NCBI GenBank assembly: GCA_963706795.1 | Contig: OY970170.1 | Location: 60,001 to 92,000, forward strand | Direction of reading: 5' to 3' | DNA: 32,000 nt | Origin: Candidatus Saccharimonadota bacterium | GTDB lineage: Bacteria; Patescibacteriota; Gracilibacteria; BD1-5; UBA2023 | Shown: in pieces, positions 30,873-32,000 of the stretch | Numbering within the stretch: the first letter of the stretch is position 1 | Layout: every line of letters starts with the position of its first letter | The notes under the pieces: model-generated | Databases searched by the model: none | Told to the model about the DNA's origin: nothing | What the model saw: only the letters and a program-made list of their open reading frames with translations | Made by a program: the position numbers and the translations under genes

Positions 30873-32000
30873 ATGTTTCCAGACAAGAATTTAGAAAATT
30901 TCCTCAACGATAAAATCACCGACTACTCTCAGATCGGTAAGCATGCTGGAAAGCGTGATATCACTGCAGGAAAAACCCTCGATAATCTCGCGGGTATCTC
31001 GATCGGACTCGCTTCAAAAGAAGAAGTTCGCGGACTTTCGTACGGAGAAGTTCTCATCTCTGAAACGATCAACTACCGAACACAGCGCCCAGAGCGCGGA
31101 GGTCTCTTCTGTGAGCAGATCTTCGGACCACGCAAAAACTACGAATGTGCGTGTGGAAAATACAAACGAATCCGCTACAAGGGTGTAGTTTGTGAGCGTT
31201 GTGGTGTAGAAGTTACGACTGCTCAGGTACGCCGTCAGCGAACTGGACACATCGAACTCGCCGCTCCAGTTGTACATATTTGGTACCTTAAGTCAGTTCC
31301 TTCTCGTATTGGTCTCCTCCTCGATATTTCTATCAAGAAGCTCGAACAGGTTATCTACTTCGCTTCGTACATCATTACTGAAGTCTACGAAGACAAGCAA
31401 GAATCAGCAGTTGCTGATCTCGAAAATGCCTACAAGACATCAAAGATTGATCTCCAAAAGCGCGTTCAGAAGGATCTTGCTGAAGCAAATATCCAGGTAG
31501 AAGAAAAGAAACTCTCAAAGAAATCATACTCTGAGCTCGAAGCTGCGCTTACGCACCAGATCGACAATCTCGATGAGGAATACGCTCACATGAAGGAACT
31601 CCTCAAGAGTCTCAAGGTTTCAACTGTTATCGGAGAACTCGACTACCGAATCATGTACGACAAATTCCCTCATGTATTTAAGGGAGGAACGGGTGCAGAA
31701 CATATCAAGACTCTCCTTGAGCGTATTGATATACGTGCATTTATTGCCGAACACCAGACTGAGCTCAAGACTGCTCCAAAGTCTAAGCAAAAGAAGATTC
31801 TCCAAAAGCTCAAGCTCGCGTCGAGTCTCTTTAAGTCAAATCAGCGTCCAGAACATTTTGTTCTTGAAGCGATTCAGATCCTTCCACCGGATCTTCGCCC
31901 GATGATTCAGCTCGATGGAGGACGTTTTGCGTCATCTGACCTCAACGATCTCTACCGACGTGTTATCAACCGAAACAACCGTCTCCGCAAGCTTATGGAG
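30873..32000 (+). CDS. rpoC: DNA-directed RNA polymerase subunit beta' (5' 376 codons; continues past the right edge)
   Basis: ATG at 30873. The translation contains the zinc-binding CACGKYKRIRYKGVVCERCGVEV, RRQRTGHIELAAPVVHIWYLK and LPPDLRPMIQLDGGRFASSDLNDLYRRVINRNNRL. It is absent from the ORF track only because no stop occurs before the window ends. Confidence 0.96.
   Translation, partial: MFPDKNLENFLNDKITDYSQIGKHAGKRDITAGKTLDNLAGISIGLASKEEVRGLSYGEVLISETINYRTQRPERGGLFCEQIFGPRKNYECACGKYKRIRYKGVVCERCGVEVTTAQVRRQRTGHIELAAPVVHIWYLKSVPSRIGLLLDISIKKLEQVIYFASYIITEVYEDKQESAVADLENAYKTSKIDLQKRVQKDLAEANIQVEEKKLSKKSYSELEAALTHQIDNLDEEYAHMKELLKSLKVSTVIGELDYRIMYDKFPHVFKGGTGAEHIKTLLERIDIRAFIAEHQTELKTAPKSKQKKILQKLKLASSLFKSNQRPEHFVLEAIQILPPDLRPMIQLDGGRFASSDLNDLYRRVINRNNRLRKLME

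Noticed and set aside
1-32000. UGA read as tryptophan (table 4, Mycoplasma-like) as the explanation for TGA read-through
   Set aside because: Every TGA I could place in a known motif falls on a conserved Gly (Walker A, GxG, KPGG, EGWEH, MFS GxxxG loops). TGG is also still used for Trp at conserved Trp positions, e.g. EGWEH and KWGVPCY.
1-32000. Search for CRISPR arrays, IS or transposase or integrase genes, rRNA and canonical tRNA genes
   Set aside because: I found no regularly spaced direct repeats, no transposase or integrase motifs in any reconstructed CDS, and no GTTCGAATC-type T-arms with matching acceptor stems. The only tRNA-like structure is the tmRNA.

Overview
This window reads as a bacterial genome in which UGA encodes glycine (translation table 25, as in the CPR lineages Gracilibacteria/BD1-5 and Absconditabacteria/SR1). 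The standard-code ORF track breaks almost every gene into pieces. Joining same-frame pieces across TGA by hand gives 21 complete and 2 partial CDS, and every complete CDS ends in TAA or TAG. Left to right the window holds: (1) a minus-strand operon (1-7530) with an 852-aa AAA+ (AAA_5/MoxR-like) ATPase followed by at least four tandem paralogous RNI-type leucine-rich-repeat proteins. This is the best candidate for an undescribed system. (2) A housekeeping and accessory block: MFS transporter, MGDG-synthase-like glycosyltransferase, YecM-like VOC protein, nucleotidyltransferase, zwf, PPP-family phosphatase, YdeI/DUF1801 protein, a frameshifted quinone oxidoreductase, GNAT, ABC exporter, guanine-deaminase-like CDA, YggT, ABC-F ATPase and a small ParB-like protein. 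(3) A tmRNA (ssrA) on the minus strand. (4) A secreted CHB_HEX_C/lamin-tail-domain protein and a 1069-aa orphan ORF. (5) rpoB (complete) and the 5' part of rpoC, neither of which contains a TGA codon. A roughly 60-70 nt intergenic repeat family (three clear copies and one degenerate copy) and several long perfect A-run/T-run palindromic hairpins are also present. I found no rRNA, canonical tRNA, CRISPR array, transposase or integrase. All coordinates come from manual translation. Homology calls rest on recognised motifs, not on database searches.
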